DNA of 64,000 nt, from contig NC_087437.1 in assembly GCF_036321535.1 (NCBI RefSeq), positions 72,170,001 through 72,234,000 of the forward strand, written 5' to 3'. The notes beneath the pieces are model-generated. The model searched no databases. It was given only the letters and a program-made list of their open reading frames with translations, and had not been told where the DNA came from. The position numbers and the translations under genes are program-made. Shown in pieces: positions 38,300-52,411 of this stretch (its first letter is position 1; each line of letters begins with the position of its first letter). This DNA is from Camelus dromedarius. Lineage: Eukaryota.

Positions 38300-39153
38300 T
38301 GACTTCCACCTAGTCATTTTGGACTTCTTGTGCTAACAGGCAAGGAGAAGTTCTATAGTGGCAGGGGTAATTTGGCTCTGATTACCATCAGGAGATAGGA
38401 CTGCTACTATATAATGCTAGCAGGGAAGAAAATATCCGAATCCTAGAAAGTTCACTGGTGCATTTTTTATTGATTTTGTGTATGATTCACAGACAATTCA
38501 AGCAGTCTTAGTCTGACAAAAGAATAGTAATCAAGGGCTCAGACCCCTCAAAGATGAAGGTCTAACTTCTCACACCAAGCAACCAAGACAAGCCAAACTG
38601 CTTAACAAGTGGTGGACGATGGAGATGATGATTATCAACATGACTTTGGGACCAACTGTACCAGTAAAGACTTTATCAACTTTACTATTCTTTTTTCTTT
38701 TCTCTCTTGAAGTTCTAACGAATCACATCCTTAAGGAATCAATGGTAGTACTGAGTCCATTTAACATAGTGCCCAAGGGGACCTGAGTGATGTACAGTGT
38801 GGACTGCGGCAGACACTGTTAGAACCCAACTCATGTCCCCTCAGCATTCATCAGTTTCTTCCATATTAATGGCTTTCTTCTTCAAGCCCCTGAGACTCAA
38901 GTCACTTAGCACCACCCAAGTGGAATGCGGGAAGTGCCTGGAAAAGATAATGCTCTAGAACACTCCTCAACCAGGAGGGATGAATAGGAGTTGGTGAATA
39001 AATACTCCAGCTCCTTACACCTTTGTTACAGTAGTAAATTGCTCATTATCACACTCTCTATTGCTTTTCTCTTTTTCCCTGTTTCACTTCTCCATCCCCC
39101 TACCTGTGATTCCTTTCATCTGATCTCAAATAAATAGAATCCAACTTAAGACA
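38300..39153 (+). mobile_element. ERVL internal remnant plus LTR16-like LTR
   Basis: GGCAGGGGTAATTTGGCTCTGATTACCATCAGGAGATAGGACTGCTACTA (ERVL internal), then GTGGACTGCGGCAGACACTG...AACTTAAGACA. Confidence 0.55.
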
Positions 39154-39940
39154 ACCTCCTGCCCACTGAATCTGGGTATCATTACATCAGCTATCCTCTC
39201 TAAATAACTGTTACACACATCCTAGTAAAAGTATTAACAATTGGTTTATATGCTGCTACTTCTACACAATGGTTTAAAGTTACAGCAACCCTAATAAATT
39301 TCTTTAATAATAATAAATTAAAGAAATGTGATGTGGAAATGGAAGGCAGTGGGTGGCTGAATGGATGATTAAATGGGTGGAGAAGATATCTTGGAACAGG
39401 AGGGACTTTCTTATACTATTTTGGGTAGGAGTAACCTTGGCATGTGGATAGGTTACTTCTTGAAATACTTCTTTTTTATTTTTAGTCATCTTTGAGTTTC
39501 AGTGTCTTAGCATCCTGATTCTGAATGTGTTTAGCAATTTTTAGGCTTTATTGAAAAATACAACTATTTTCACTAACAGTCTATGTTCAGCCTCAGAAAT
39601 ATGTTTTCATTTGCTTCTTCTTATGACATTCTCTTTTTATAAGGAAATGTATATTTGGACTTCAACCAGAATTCTTTGAAGGCAAGAATAAAACAAATAT
39701 TCTGTACTACTATACCTATTCTTTTGGGTAAAAGAAAAATGTATGTTGGGAATGGTTAAGAAAAAAAGATATGGAAAATGACTTGTAGAACTGTAGTTAA
39801 AAGCCAGATTTGAAAGTCCAAAATAGCCACTATATATGCATTTGTGAGGAACTGTATTTATATGATGTTTGCTTCATGATGGTATACTTGATAGGCTATC
39901 ATTAGTGTTAGCTTTGGAAAAGTTAAAGGTATTCCTAGAA

Positions 39941-40125
39941 CAGTGTTTTCCATTTTTATCTTGATTACAATTACTTAGGAAATTGGTTTAAACACAGATT
40001 CCTGGATGCCACATCAGATTTACTGAATCATAATCTCTTTCAGTGAGGACCAAGGATCTGTTTTCCACAGTCGTCCTTGGTGATTCTAATGTGGAAGGTT
40101 CTTATGTCAAATTTTGAGAAACACA
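39941..40125. mobile_element. MER5-like hAT MITE
   Basis: CAGTGTTTTC...ACAGATTCCTGG...TACTGAATCA...TTTGAGAAACAC. Confidence 0.65.
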
Positions 40126-43100
40126 ACCAGAAATCGGCTCTCCTGAACAGAACTCGAATAGAACTCCTAAGCTGAAGTTTACTGAAAGCCTAAGAAAGAA
40201 CTTGGTTGGGGGGTTTGGGCAGAGATTACAAGGGTGCTATCCATGTTGAGGCCAACTGGGAGGAAGCTAGAAACCTGAGCAGGATTACATGTGAAGCTGG
40301 ATCAGCTTTTGGTAAACAGCTCAGATAGTAGGACAAAAAACAGGATAAGGTCTGCACACTCAGGCACCAGCTAGCTATGGCACAATTATATACTCTGAAA
40401 GTCAAATGAATTTTATTTATTGCTATATTCTTTGCTCCTGTCCCTACTGTTCTCCCTTGGCATATTACAAAGCCTTCTTTAAAGCTGCAGCTTGCGTTTG
40501 TCTACATCTTGCCTTAAGACGGAATTTACATATTTCTACGGCCAAGTATGGTGGTGACTACAGTGACTTAATTCACAGAACTCCATGCAGAAGGGTGAGA
40601 TTCTTGGGAAAGTGTTAATTAGCTACCCATCTCTCTTACACTAAATGGTTTTTCTTTCTGGCTAATAATTTAACGTTCTGGATTTTCTTTTAATAAAGGA
40701 GTAGGTTTCCTTATCAGCTTCCTGAGTGCTTCTAATAAGGATTTAAAGCTAATTTTCAGCTGCAAATAATAGACAACTCTGCATAAACTGATTTAAACAA
40801 GGAAATGAATAAATCCGTAGGTAGGAATGGCTGTTCAACAATGTCTTTAAACAAAATATTTTCCTTCTCTTTCTGTATCACAGCTTTTACATCAATTTAA
40901 GACTGATTTCTCTTGTGTTTATAAGATGACTCTTGTTAGGAATAAAGGGGATATGCTTCTTTATTCACGTCCAGTAGGAGAGAGTGACAGTATTTCTTCC
41001 AATCATGAAATAAAAGTCCTTTCCTTCTGTCTGATTGAGTCAAGGCAGGAGACTTACTCCAGCCCTGGACCACAGTTGTCACAAGGAGGAATACCATGAA
41101 TTAATTGGCTTAAGCCTGGGTTCTGGACTAATCCCTGACAATGGGGATGGAATTACCACATGTCAATCAATAAAAACTAACCCCTGAACTGGAGGTAGGG
41201 TCAGCTTCCCCTAAGTAACATGGATTGAAAAGAAGAGGGATAGTAGATATCTAATAAATATTTGGAGTCTTTTTGGAGAAGATGGGAGAGGGGATGGATA
41301 CTAGAGAGGCAATCAATGATCCACTATCTTACCTTACAGAGCTTTCCACTTAAAGGTTAATGTTTAGCTTGGGATTTAAGTTTGTACAATTCAGCCCTCT
41401 CAAGTAAAGTTAGAAAAGTTCCTCCTTATAGAAGGATCCAAGGAGTTCCTTGGGCTTAAGGTGTCCTGGGATATATATGGTGGCAAGAGTCCATACAGTG
41501 TCACTTCAAATAACAAAGCAAAGTTCTGTGGCAAAGATGGTTGTTGTTTCCACCGGGAAGCCAACTTAGTGAGGTACAAACGGAGAAAAATTCCCCGAGA
41601 TCCAAGATACAGATTTTGGGATGATTCTCATTTATGTGAGCACTGGATCTATAGAGGACTATGATTCTTCTCATTTTCAGTACTTTTTTCCAATTACTCA
41701 TCCTGTATTTGCAGGTCAGTGCCCCTTTCCCCACCCTTTCCATCCTTTTCCCAGACAATTCTCCCCATCCAGTGATTCCCCTTTTCTCTTGCCTTCTGCA
41801 CCCAAATTTTAGAACTTTCCAGAGCTCCAGTCCTAGACCCTCCATCAAGCCCAAAGTCCTATACTATTTACTTTTTATCATGCAATAGTCTTCAGTAGGT
41901 ATGAAATCCAGAGCCCAAATCATTAGCAAGTAAACACTAGTTTCTCTTTCCAGGGTAGGAAGGCTTAGTCATTAGACACTTCCTGGTGGGAAGGAGAAAT
42001 GTTTGCTTTCCCTCCTGGGGGTGGAGAGTGATGGGAATGGGAGGAGGACAGAGAAAATTCCCTCCCTCCTAGAATAGATTGAATCACTCCTTCCAATGCA
42101 GAGAAGGAAGGAAAAACAGAAAATAAGTGGTGATATTTCGATATTAAAACAGGATAAAATTCATATCTGGCTACCTTTGTAATACTATATATTGTGTCTT
42201 GTATCTCTAGAGTAATTCCTTGTAGTTAATGGAGAAAATTATGGTGCCTTGAGAGCTTCATGAGTCTTGGCTTCTGTATGACTTCACTTGATGGCACCTA
42301 TGTGGGTCATTGGAAACTAGTGTCAGTGATTCCATTATAAACTTCTCTTTTTTATTAAATTATCTAGACTCTGGTTACCAAATCTCCTGGGTAACCTCAG
42401 CTCAGGAGCACAGCTAATGGTGGAACACTGTCACACTGAGCAGCTTGGATATTTTATAGTGTGGAAGCACAAAATAAGTAAGAAAAAAACGTTCTCACTA
42501 GAAAAATCTGTAGATACTACAACGTGCAAGTCAGAGGATTATAAGAATTAGTGATAGAAAAAGAACAATTTGCCACCTGTTGAGCAGACACCTTAATCGT
42601 TAAGGTCTGAAATCTTTACTTGGTGTGCACGGGGCAAAGAGTTATGGTTTCAAGTTCACTTGTCCCTTAAGAGGAAAAAGGAGTAAATTCTCTCCCTCCC
42701 ACATTCAACCAGTTCGTTTAAGGCCACAGAGTTTATTAATATTCAGTAGTATGTCTAGGTTTGAATAGATAAAAACAGCCAAGCGGTTTCATTTAGAAAT
42801 GATTTCTGTAAGTACAAGCTTATTTTCCTCGCTGGCACAAGTATAACTGTCTCTGCAGAGAGAAGATCTTTTTCCTACCAGTGATCAGCATGTGGGATGG
42901 CCATCATCATCTTTTATTTACTTATTTTGTTTTGTGAAAGGCTGCATTCTTTTGGGCTCTGCCTGTAAGCATCTTATCTGTCTGTTTCTCTTTCTACTGC
43001 ACTTTTATCTCTACTCCACAAAACATTAAAGCAGGTTAGGTATCTTTTCTGTTAACAGAAATATTCTCCTCCAGTAGAAGATGTAAAATTCCCTTGTTAT

Positions 43101-43134
43101 CCCCAGTGTTACCATGGTCTCCACACTGTAGAGC

Positions 43135-43297
43135 CTCAGGTAGCTATTTAAATTTAAATTCATTAATATAAAATAAATTAAATTAAAATAAATAATTCAG
43201 TTCCTCAAGGGCTCAGTAGTCGCCTGTGGCTAGTGATACCGAATTGAACAGCACAAAATACTTTCATCTTTTCAGAAAGTTCTATTAGATAGCACTG
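43135..43297 (-). mobile_element. MER3-like hAT MITE
   Basis: GCTATTTAAATTTAAATT...TTCAGTTCCTC...GTGGCTAGTG...CAGAAAGTTCTATTAGATAGCACTG. Confidence 0.65.
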
Positions 43298-46200
43298 CTA
43301 GAGGCTCAAATGAGTTAAGATGCCATATAGAAAATTTCAGTTGGCAGTAACTTTTACTTCTATGCTAGTTTAAGAATTCTAATTGACTGTAACTAAAAGA
43401 ATTTTTGTTGTTGTCATTTTGTTTTGTTTTTGTGTTCCAAATGGCTTACTTTCTTCAATCTGAAAATCTCTTAGAAAACTAGAAAGTAATGATTCAAAAG
43501 TTAGATAGTCCTGGGTCTAATTCAGATTTCATCATTATCAGCTATATGACTTCCTTTAATCTCTGTAGATTCTTTTCTATAAAATGGAGACAATTACGTT
43601 GCCTGCTCTGCTGGTTTCATTGTCAGTAGGCAGGAACTGTGTTGTATTTATCTTTGTACCCACAAAGCTTACGGGTATATAGCAGGTGTTCAATAAATGT
43701 TCACTGAGTTAAACAGTGAGATGTACATGGATTCTCTTTGTAACTTTAACCTGTTCTTCAATCTATCAGTATGTAACAAGATGGAGAATTTTATTCATCA
43801 AAATTTGAGGTACCTTTGGTGATATGAAACTTGGGGAGAAAAAAAATGCCTAGAGATGATTTTTAGAAAGTTTTAAGGAAATTATGACAAAAATCTAGTA
43901 AATTCTTGAAAGCTTTCAGAGTCAAAGTGATGTGGTTTAAATGTCTTGGGTGCACCTGGTTTCAAAGCAAGAATAACCAGGCCTCATTTTATATGGGTAA
44001 CAGTCAAATGAGAGATTATATATAGACCATGTAAATTAGTTTCTTAGGAACCTTTAAATCATAATCTTCTCTTACTCTTTGTTCCCCACAACCCTCACCA
44101 CCTCAAAGTCTGTATTACAGCCATAGTTTTAGGAGAGCTTAGAGAGAGTACAATAACCCCCTACCCTGTAGATGCTGGCTTGCCTTATAGATATCACATA
44201 TGTAGTCACACTTTTTAAGAACACTCATAGAGCAAAGTGCTGCAGACCACTCACCAATATACATATCATGGGTCAGATTTTTGTTAAGCAGCTTCTAATT
44301 TAGTGGAGAAACAAACAAACCAGCCAGCCAGACATATGTGCAGTAGAATTCCCACTGAAGGAACACAAAGGCAGGCTGTGTTGGTGGTCTGGAGAAAGGC
44401 TGGGTTACTCTTACTCTGGGAAGACTTTCTGGAAAGAAGGATTGAATGTTCAAAATAGATTAGCACCCTGACAGACTGAAAATGGGTTTGAGGATCTTTG
44501 TGGCCAGAAGACTATGAGGGTTATATTATTCCTTGCTTTTCTCTGTAAAGCAAGTGCCCAGATGTGCTGAGCTCCAGGGGGGACCTGGCCAGGCATGTGG
44601 CTCAGTCTCAACTCTACTTTTACTTCACAAAAAGATGAAGTCTGCTCTCTACATCCCTCAGCACAGAAGAACCTGGTCCAGTGCATTGGTATTCATTATA
44701 GGTTACCTTTATTTAGGTGGTTTCAAATGTCTTCATCTTCATTAGGTTGTATGTGGTGAGCCTGTATTCATTTGCATGTTTTACAAGAGTTCCATCTGTG
44801 ACTCAGCACCCTACAAGACATCAATGGAGTGGTAAAACGACCCAACTGTTTCTTTTCAAAGTGTGGCTTCTGTATCTTCTTTTTTTAATTTAATGGGAGT
44901 GGTGCATGTGTGGAGAGGTCTAGGGAAATCTTCCTTTTTTGTCTAACATTATTTTTATCTGTTACTGCTGATATTCTCAAAGTACTCTCTAAAGCAGGTA
45001 AAAAGTACACTCTCTAAATGTTGATTTGATGCAGATCCAATTCTGTAAATTCAACTTAAATAATGAGTTATATCATTTCAAATTCCTTTCCTGTAACTTT
45101 CTTGTTTCTTTTAGGATAGTGATTCCAGATCTGAGGCCCATCAAGCTGTAAGAAGCTCTTTTGCAGGTAGCTGGCAGCACTGCAAGTATGCTTATTTCTG
45201 TGTTAGAATATTATATTTCTTTTGGCTCTTTAAAATGCATGAAAGTCTGGGTCCCTTTGGCCTAATGGTGGCCATGATCATATAAGTGATTAGTCAAGTC
45301 TTGAATCCTGGACACTGCCTCATCATCATTTCCCAAAACACGTACAAACCACAGCTTATCCTGGGAGACTGTATGATCCGGGCATAGGATGCTGGAGGGA
45401 TAGGGAGTCCAGAGGCCTGGGTTCTAGTTGCCAGCAACTAGCATGTGTGCTTAGCAAGTCTCATCACCCCTCTGTTTTCTTCAACTGCAAAATGATGAAG
45501 CTGGACTAGGTAATGGCTAGGGCTCTGCTGGCTCTGACACTGCTTGAATCCATAAAGCGTGGAGAATGTTAAGGCAAATAACAGTAGGGAGGGCAGAACT
45601 CATAAAGCAACCACATCTCCTCACTGCAAATGTAAGAAAATTCTAAGAGCTGACTTTAGATTTCTCAATTGATACATCTCATCTGGTTTGGAAAGAAGCT
45701 AGAAAGCAAAAGATATCATAAGAGAACACTTAAAACTGTTCCTTTTAATGAATTCCTTTATAAATATGTCCCAAGTATTTCTCCAGAAATAAGAGATTTA
45801 TTCTTTCCCACAAATCCTGATTCCAGGAAGTTTCTAGGTAATTTATGTTGCTGGATATTTGGTAAAGTGACTTAATTATAAGAGATTATGACTATTAAGA
45901 GTTATTTTCAGATACTCTTGTATTTGAAAATCTCTATGCATTATTAAATACAATTTTAAATGCTAATTTTAGGAGCATGTATGTGTGTGTGTGTATCCGT
46001 GTCTTAGAATTTATAGAGTATATCAACAGAAAAATGAATCAATTTCCAAAAAAAAAAGAAATTTCAGGAATTAATCTATTGTATAAATTAAGTTCACTGG
46101 CATATTTTTTAGTCTCTTCCCCAAGGTTCCACATAGAGTTTCTGGGTCACATGGCTCCTCATCCTTCCATGCCCTTCCCTCACCCCTCTGCCCCATCCAT

Positions 46201-49200
46201 GTATGCACCCAAATTTAGAGCAGTAGCTCCTAGGCCACTTTCATAGCCTCTGGTGCTGACAGAATTCCTATAGAAATTTGGTCTTTATACCATAACTTTT
46301 CATTCATTCAGTTAATCCTAAGAATGCTTTGTACACCTGAGACTTTGCTAGGTAGTAAAGATGTAATAGTAAGTAAGGGAAAAGTGGACCTTAGATGAAT
46401 AGAAGCTGATTATTTTGTTACAATTATAATAGTACCACATAGAAGAAGTTAGGGTGCCCCAAGAGCAGAGGAAGGAAAACCTAACTAGTGGGTGAATGTG
46501 TAGGAGGAGTGTCAGGGAAAAGCTCCCAGAAGAACTATATTCTTACACTTAGAGGAAGGTGAGCAATTGTTCAGCTGAGGATGAAGTGGGATGAGCATGA
46601 GAGTGGGGAGGAGGATGAGTCTCACAAAGTCTCATATAAACACCAAAGTTAGCATTAAGTCTTCAGTTTTTAATCCTCTCCAGCAACCCTGCCAGAAAAT
46701 ATATCTCCTCAACACACACTATGATTTTTCAAGCACAGAACAGTCTTAATTCACATGCAGAAAAGATTCCTCAAGTTAATAATAATGATTATCCCTAGAG
46801 ATTGCCATTATAGATGATAGTAATTTTCTTCTTTGCACCTTTCTATATTTTCCATATTCTTTATAATGATCTATACTGCTTTTATAACTTTCAAAATAAT
46901 AAATTTTATTTTTAAAGAAAAAAAGTCAATGGGACAATGACATGTGCATTGTGTGGTTCATTTAGAATTGAAAAGACCTCTTACATGTAAATTGGTTGGC
47001 ACAATGCCTGGGACAGCCACAATGTTTGTTTGTTTGTTTGTTTAAAAAGATTTATCTCCTAATCCCCAGTATTGGGCATGGTGCCGAGCATATTGCTCAA
47101 TAATATTTGCTGACTGCATAACCTCCAGCTAGAAGTATGGGTATTGATTATGGGACTGTTGATCTATAAGAAAGAGGCAAAAACTATACATATTTCAGGG
47201 CCAAGCAGCTCTTACTCATCCTGGCAATGACATGGAATTGAGAAAGACCTTCTGAGATCAAACTTCTAACCCTGCCCTAATTAATCTGGGACCCTAAAAC
47301 ACTGAAGTAACTAGACACAGACAATGGTGATGTCTGAATACTTTTCAACGTGATTCAGTAGGAAGAATATTGTCTTTTCTGAAAAGGCTTCTGATCAAAA
47401 TGTTCATACTACAAACTGAAATCTGCTAGATAATCTGCTGAAATCTGCATAAACCCGGTTAGTTGGCCTATGTGGTATAACTACCATATTTTTAATACTG
47501 GCTGTGGAAAGCCACTAGAAAGCCATAATTTGGGGGTTTCATACCCATACCCATTATCATTTAAGGTGAGTTAGTTTTTGGCAAAATGAGTATAAAGGTG
47601 GATAGGAATCTCAGAGCTTTCACTTCCCTTTGATCCCAAGCCCATCCTCTGCTTTCATCAAAAGTATATAAATCTTTTTATATGATGGTAAGAATTTGTA
47701 ACATAATTTGTAACATGAGTTGCTTCATTCTAGGGGAGGAAACTTCTGTTTGTTTCTTCCCTTCCTGGCTCCTTTCCCTTGGCCTGGGAGAGTAGAAATA
47801 AATCTCACGGCATCTTTATGAATTCTTCTCTGCTCCACCTGGGTATACTTCTTCTCAGGTTACCAACTGCCTAACAGACACTTTGCTTCCATGAAAGATA
47901 TTCCATCAAGCAATTCACCACTTCCTCCCAGTGTTCTGGCTCTCCATAAGGAAATGAACATTTTATCATGATCCTATGACCTATACACCTCTCTATCTTA
48001 CCCCATGACATCTTTCCCAGGGAGGTAATGAAAATCAAATGATTCTAAGATTCTAACACACCCAGTTATAGGGCTAGCAGCATTTGGAGTCTTCCTTAAG
48101 TCCACATGTAGTTTCTAGGTATTCTAGTTGAAAGAAGAATAATCCAAAACGACAGCTAATAATTAAAAAGCTCTTCTCTTCAAAACTTAACACTGTGGAT
48201 AGCAGAAAATTAGTGAACCATATAGATCTGGTTTGGAAATCCTCAAGTACTGAAAGTTGGTTCAATTTTCTTAGTCCTAGAACACGTCCAATTTTACTTG
48301 CTTTTTGATTCTGTATGTGGGCACACAAAACTGAGTGCTATGAAAGACTACGAAAAATCTTACTTCTGCAAAGAATCCCACAAGAATAAAGGCCTGGCTT
48401 AATGGCTAGGTCAAAAGTCAGTGATGTGGAAATTAGGGCTCTAGTCATAGAATTTACAAAAGCCATTAACATTTCTGGGCCAAAATTTTGCTTAAATATA
48501 AAATGGGAAAAAAAAAAAAAGTTCCCAGCCCATATCAGAGTCTTAATGAAATATCCTATGGCTTCAAATTAAGGACAAATTTGCCAAGTTTATTTACCAA
48601 CATCAGAGTTGATGTTCAAACATATGATTTTAAAGTTCTTATGTGAAATGTTGAGGTTATCTCTCTTTAAATTGCTATTGCAAAAGTATTATTGTTTAAT
48701 TTATAACCCATGGGTAGAAAGTGATACAGATCTTGCAAATTGCACTGAGATCATTCTAGATGAAAATCATGTGGCAATCATGAACTCTTGTATTATCTAT
48801 CTCTATCTCATAAGTCACTTCGTACAGCTTTGCTCTAAGATGTACAAGTCCACATGAATTGAAGGAAAAAGATCATTTGGAGCACAGGAAAAATGAAATC
48901 AAATGTAACTGCTACCTCAGACACTGAAGAGATGTCCTCTCAGATTCTTTACGGTATTTTGTGTCCTTCTACCCTCCTCCTCCATTCTCTCCAGGATCCC
49001 CCCAAAAGTGTCTAGAGTGAGATTAAAATCTTCCAATTCATATATTAACTCTTTCTCAATTAAAAAAAAAAAGAAAGGCAGGAGGATATACGGAGGAGGA
49101 CAAGTGAAATGACAGTACCTTGGTGTAGCGGTTCAAACCATACTAGTTACCAGCACATAAGCGGCATCTGGTTGCCACGTAGACAAGAGAACTGGACCAG

Positions 49201-51889
49201 GAAGGTCAGAACAAAAAGCTGCGATTCTTTCAACCTTTTGGCACTTTGCTGAACAAATTACATGCTCCATCTTCTCTATGAACTCAGCAAGGCTAAAGCT
49301 AAAACTCCTCATCTTGACAGTTGACCCATGGGGAATAGGAACCCACTCTGAATTGTCGATGGGCTCTTGAGCCTCTGCCTTTTCAGTCTTCATTTGCCCT
49401 GGCTCCTGAAGCAGTACCAACCACTGTAGCCACGGAAAATTTCCTGGGGGGCTCCAATGTCTTGCCCTGTACCTTGAAAGGTCCAAAGATTATCAAGATG
49501 TTTGTAACTTCTTCATTGGTTTCTTGTGTTTTCCTGTTTTTGAACATGAGGAAAGCTAGCCCTGGATGATCACAAAATCAACAAACAACTAAAACCACAG
49601 TACCCAACAGGAAATTTTGCATTTCTCTCAAAGCATGTAAAAAAATGTAACTGAGTGGAACAATGGAAGGTTATGGATAACTCACTACAGGTTGAACTTT
49701 CAAAGGTAAATGTAATAACTGATTTTTGGTCATCACTTCTTGAAGATTTTTCAGGAGAGGTAGTTATGCTCCTAAAAGTCTATATGCACACTTGCCTTTT
49801 ATTTTTTCTAACTCACTAAATTCTTGTCAGTTCTGTTCACTTTGGTTAAACTTGTTTCTACTGCCAAGTGTTCACAGTATCCACTATTAGAAAGAAAGTG
49901 GTTCTCAGACTGTGTCCTAGGGATCTAAGAAGGTGTTTCAGAGGCTACTGTGAGGCCCAGGAGAGGCTGAGTGAGTCAGGGACCGACCACCTTGTTTCCA
50001 TCACCCAGATATATTTTGTTTTGTTTGTCCTTTTTTTAAACAATGGAACTATGTGTAAAACTTTGTTTGAAGAAAGGAATTCTTTAATTAAAATGAGTCT
50101 GAAGATCTCTAATCTGAGTATCTGAAAATCTATGTATAGTTGGACACAATCCAAGAGATCCTTAGTGATACAGTAACAGGGAACAGAATCAGTGAGATTA
50201 TGTTCCTCTTGGGTAAATTCTATGTGCGTTAGAAAGCATTCAGCATAGAAGGAAAAATTTGTGCTCATTCATTGTCATTCATCCAACTAATATTTGTTGA
50301 AAATTTATTATGTGCCAGGCCCTGGAAAAACTCCTACTTTTGTGAAATACCATTGTTTTATCTGTAGTTCTAGTGAACAGACCTTTAACAAGGACAAATA
50401 ATACAATTTTTAAAGTGATTACTGTATTTTCTCATTTCTTTTTTTTCATCAAGCCTTCAACTTGCAAGGTCAGTATTACTACCTGCTTGCTTCAGATAAG
50501 GAAAGTAAACCTCAGAGAGATTAAGCAATTTCTTCATGGTCACTAACACAGTAAATAGCCTTTCTGCTCTCTCCTGGCCTTGTCCAGCTTGTTATCTCAG
50601 ACAGGACACACTATCTCTGAGTTCAGTAGAATTACATACAAAATGTAGATAATATTTTCTTTCCCATCTCATATGATTGTAAAAATTAAAATGAGCTAAT
50701 AAGTAATAGCACAGTAAAAACTGTTATACTGATATTAGGTAACAGATTATTTTTATTGGACATTGTACCTGATTTTGTACTCTAGGCATTGCTAATTGGA
50801 AGGTCAGAGTTAATCATAACATAATTATGGATTAAGATCATGGCATAGGCTATTGGAAGACAAGTCAGGATAGTGCTTCTTAAACTATCTGGGGCTAAAA
50901 ACCAGTCAGTTCTTTTAAATTCTCACTTCTTAATTGATGAATACTCAAAATATAAACCCCTCCCCTTTTTATGATTAGCTTCAAGAGATTTAAAAATATT
51001 GTGACAAACTGCTGGAAAAAATTCTAAATGCTATGCTCAATTGCTGTGTAATACTATCACAAACTGATAAGGAAAAGTCAGCAACAGTGTGTGAACACAC
51101 TTTCAATAGTGCTGGGTTAACGGATCTGGAATTGATAGCAGTTAGAATTTTAAAATTTCTGTACAGAACTGTCCTTGAACCTAATAATGTGAGCCAAAAA
51201 TGAGCACCTGAAGGAAAGAGGATGGCAGAGGAGAAAATGTTTTCATACTATCTACTCCATTCTCTCTAGTCTAGAAAAATATAAATGGGATATTTTTTCC
51301 AATGGCATATATCCCATGTTTTATGCATTGGAAATGTCCCAATCAAGGAGACCATAAAACCAATTTTTATAAAGTAGGTTTTATGCAGATTCATTGGAAA
51401 ACTCCTCTAATGGATTTAACTGAAACTGAGATGAAGTCGCAAGATTTTGTGCTCTCTGTGGAGTAGGAAGTTATATTAATGTTTGTTCTAATGTTAATAT
51501 TTTGTGCTTCTGACTTGGAAGCCAACCCCATGCCTGAATACTGTAATGAACCAGATAAATCTTTCTGGTAGGAAATTCTGGGCGCATCTTCCTGGCCAAG
51601 GAGCCTCTCTCCCAGTTCTGTTCTCTTGCTATTACTCACTATTCTTTGCCACATCTCCCATGTCTTAGTTCTTTTTCCTGCTATTTAGGTTGTCTCATAG
51701 AGCCACAGTGGAGTGTCATACTTTCTCAAAAGGTGCCACAGACTGATATGCGTAGAAACTACCCCCAAGTTAGACACTATAGGTCCTGTACAAAGGACAG
51801 CTTGGTAGTTAACAATGCAGAAAGTTCAAAACTGTTTAAATGAAATGTGTATTTGTGGCTTCTGGTAGTCTTTGCTGCTGAGCAGATTA

Positions 51890-52140
51890 AGGCACTGGCA
51901 AAGCCCATTAACAATTCCCAGGGAATAAAAATAAAATCTGGATAAAATGAAGTCTAAACTCTTTTTTCCCTTTGTGCTTAGTCTAGTTCCACCTACTCAT
52001 AGGGTACCACGTGCAGAAGAAGCCTTGCACTTGCCACTTCAGAACAGAGTTCCTTAAGCAAAATGGCTGTACACGACACATCAGTTCAAGATTGCAAGTG
52101 TACCATGTGCAAAAATGCTGCACCCAGCACTTCTATCTGG
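51890..52140 (+). repeat. 5' LTR (partial/diverged); possible PBS remnant at ~52138-52156
   Basis: Aligns by eye with 56401-56592; followed by TGGAGTGTCGTGAGCAGC (PBS-like, tRNA not assignable). Confidence 0.75.
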
Positions 52141-52249
52141 AGTGTCGTGAGCAGCAACTGGCTGTCACCTTCCAGTCAGCACAGGAATCTGGACTAACCA
52201 CCCACAGAGACTCTCAACTCCAGTGAGTGACCTCCAACCCCCACCAAGG

Positions 52250-52411
52250 AATAGCAAGCCAAGGAAACGAGGAGCCAATCTGTGAGCCATATGTAAATAA
52301 GAGGGACACTGGAAGACAGAATGCCCTCGCCACCTGCAAAGGGGGATGGAAACGGCAGATCCCATTCACTACCCTTGAAGACAGATGGTCCAAACAGATG
52401 AAGAATGATGA
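52250..52411 (+). pseudogene. gag: gag remnant: nucleocapsid CCHC knuckle and gag stop only
   Basis: 52283-52330 reads *AICK*EGHWKTECPR (C-x2-C-x4-H-x4-C with the first Cys mutated to TGA); ends DEE**GQG at 52406, resembling a gamma-type readthrough context. Confidence 0.8.

Noticed and set aside
41333..41720. Pseudo-exon with protein-like minus-strand translation (VWTLATIYIPGHLKPKELL...)
   Set aside because: Five stops in ~104 codons matches random expectation and no family is recognised.
45116..45148. ~33-nt plus-strand micro-exon (ttttag|GATAGT...AAGCT|gtaaga)
   Set aside because: Isolated, weak donor, no partner exons; coordinates approximate.
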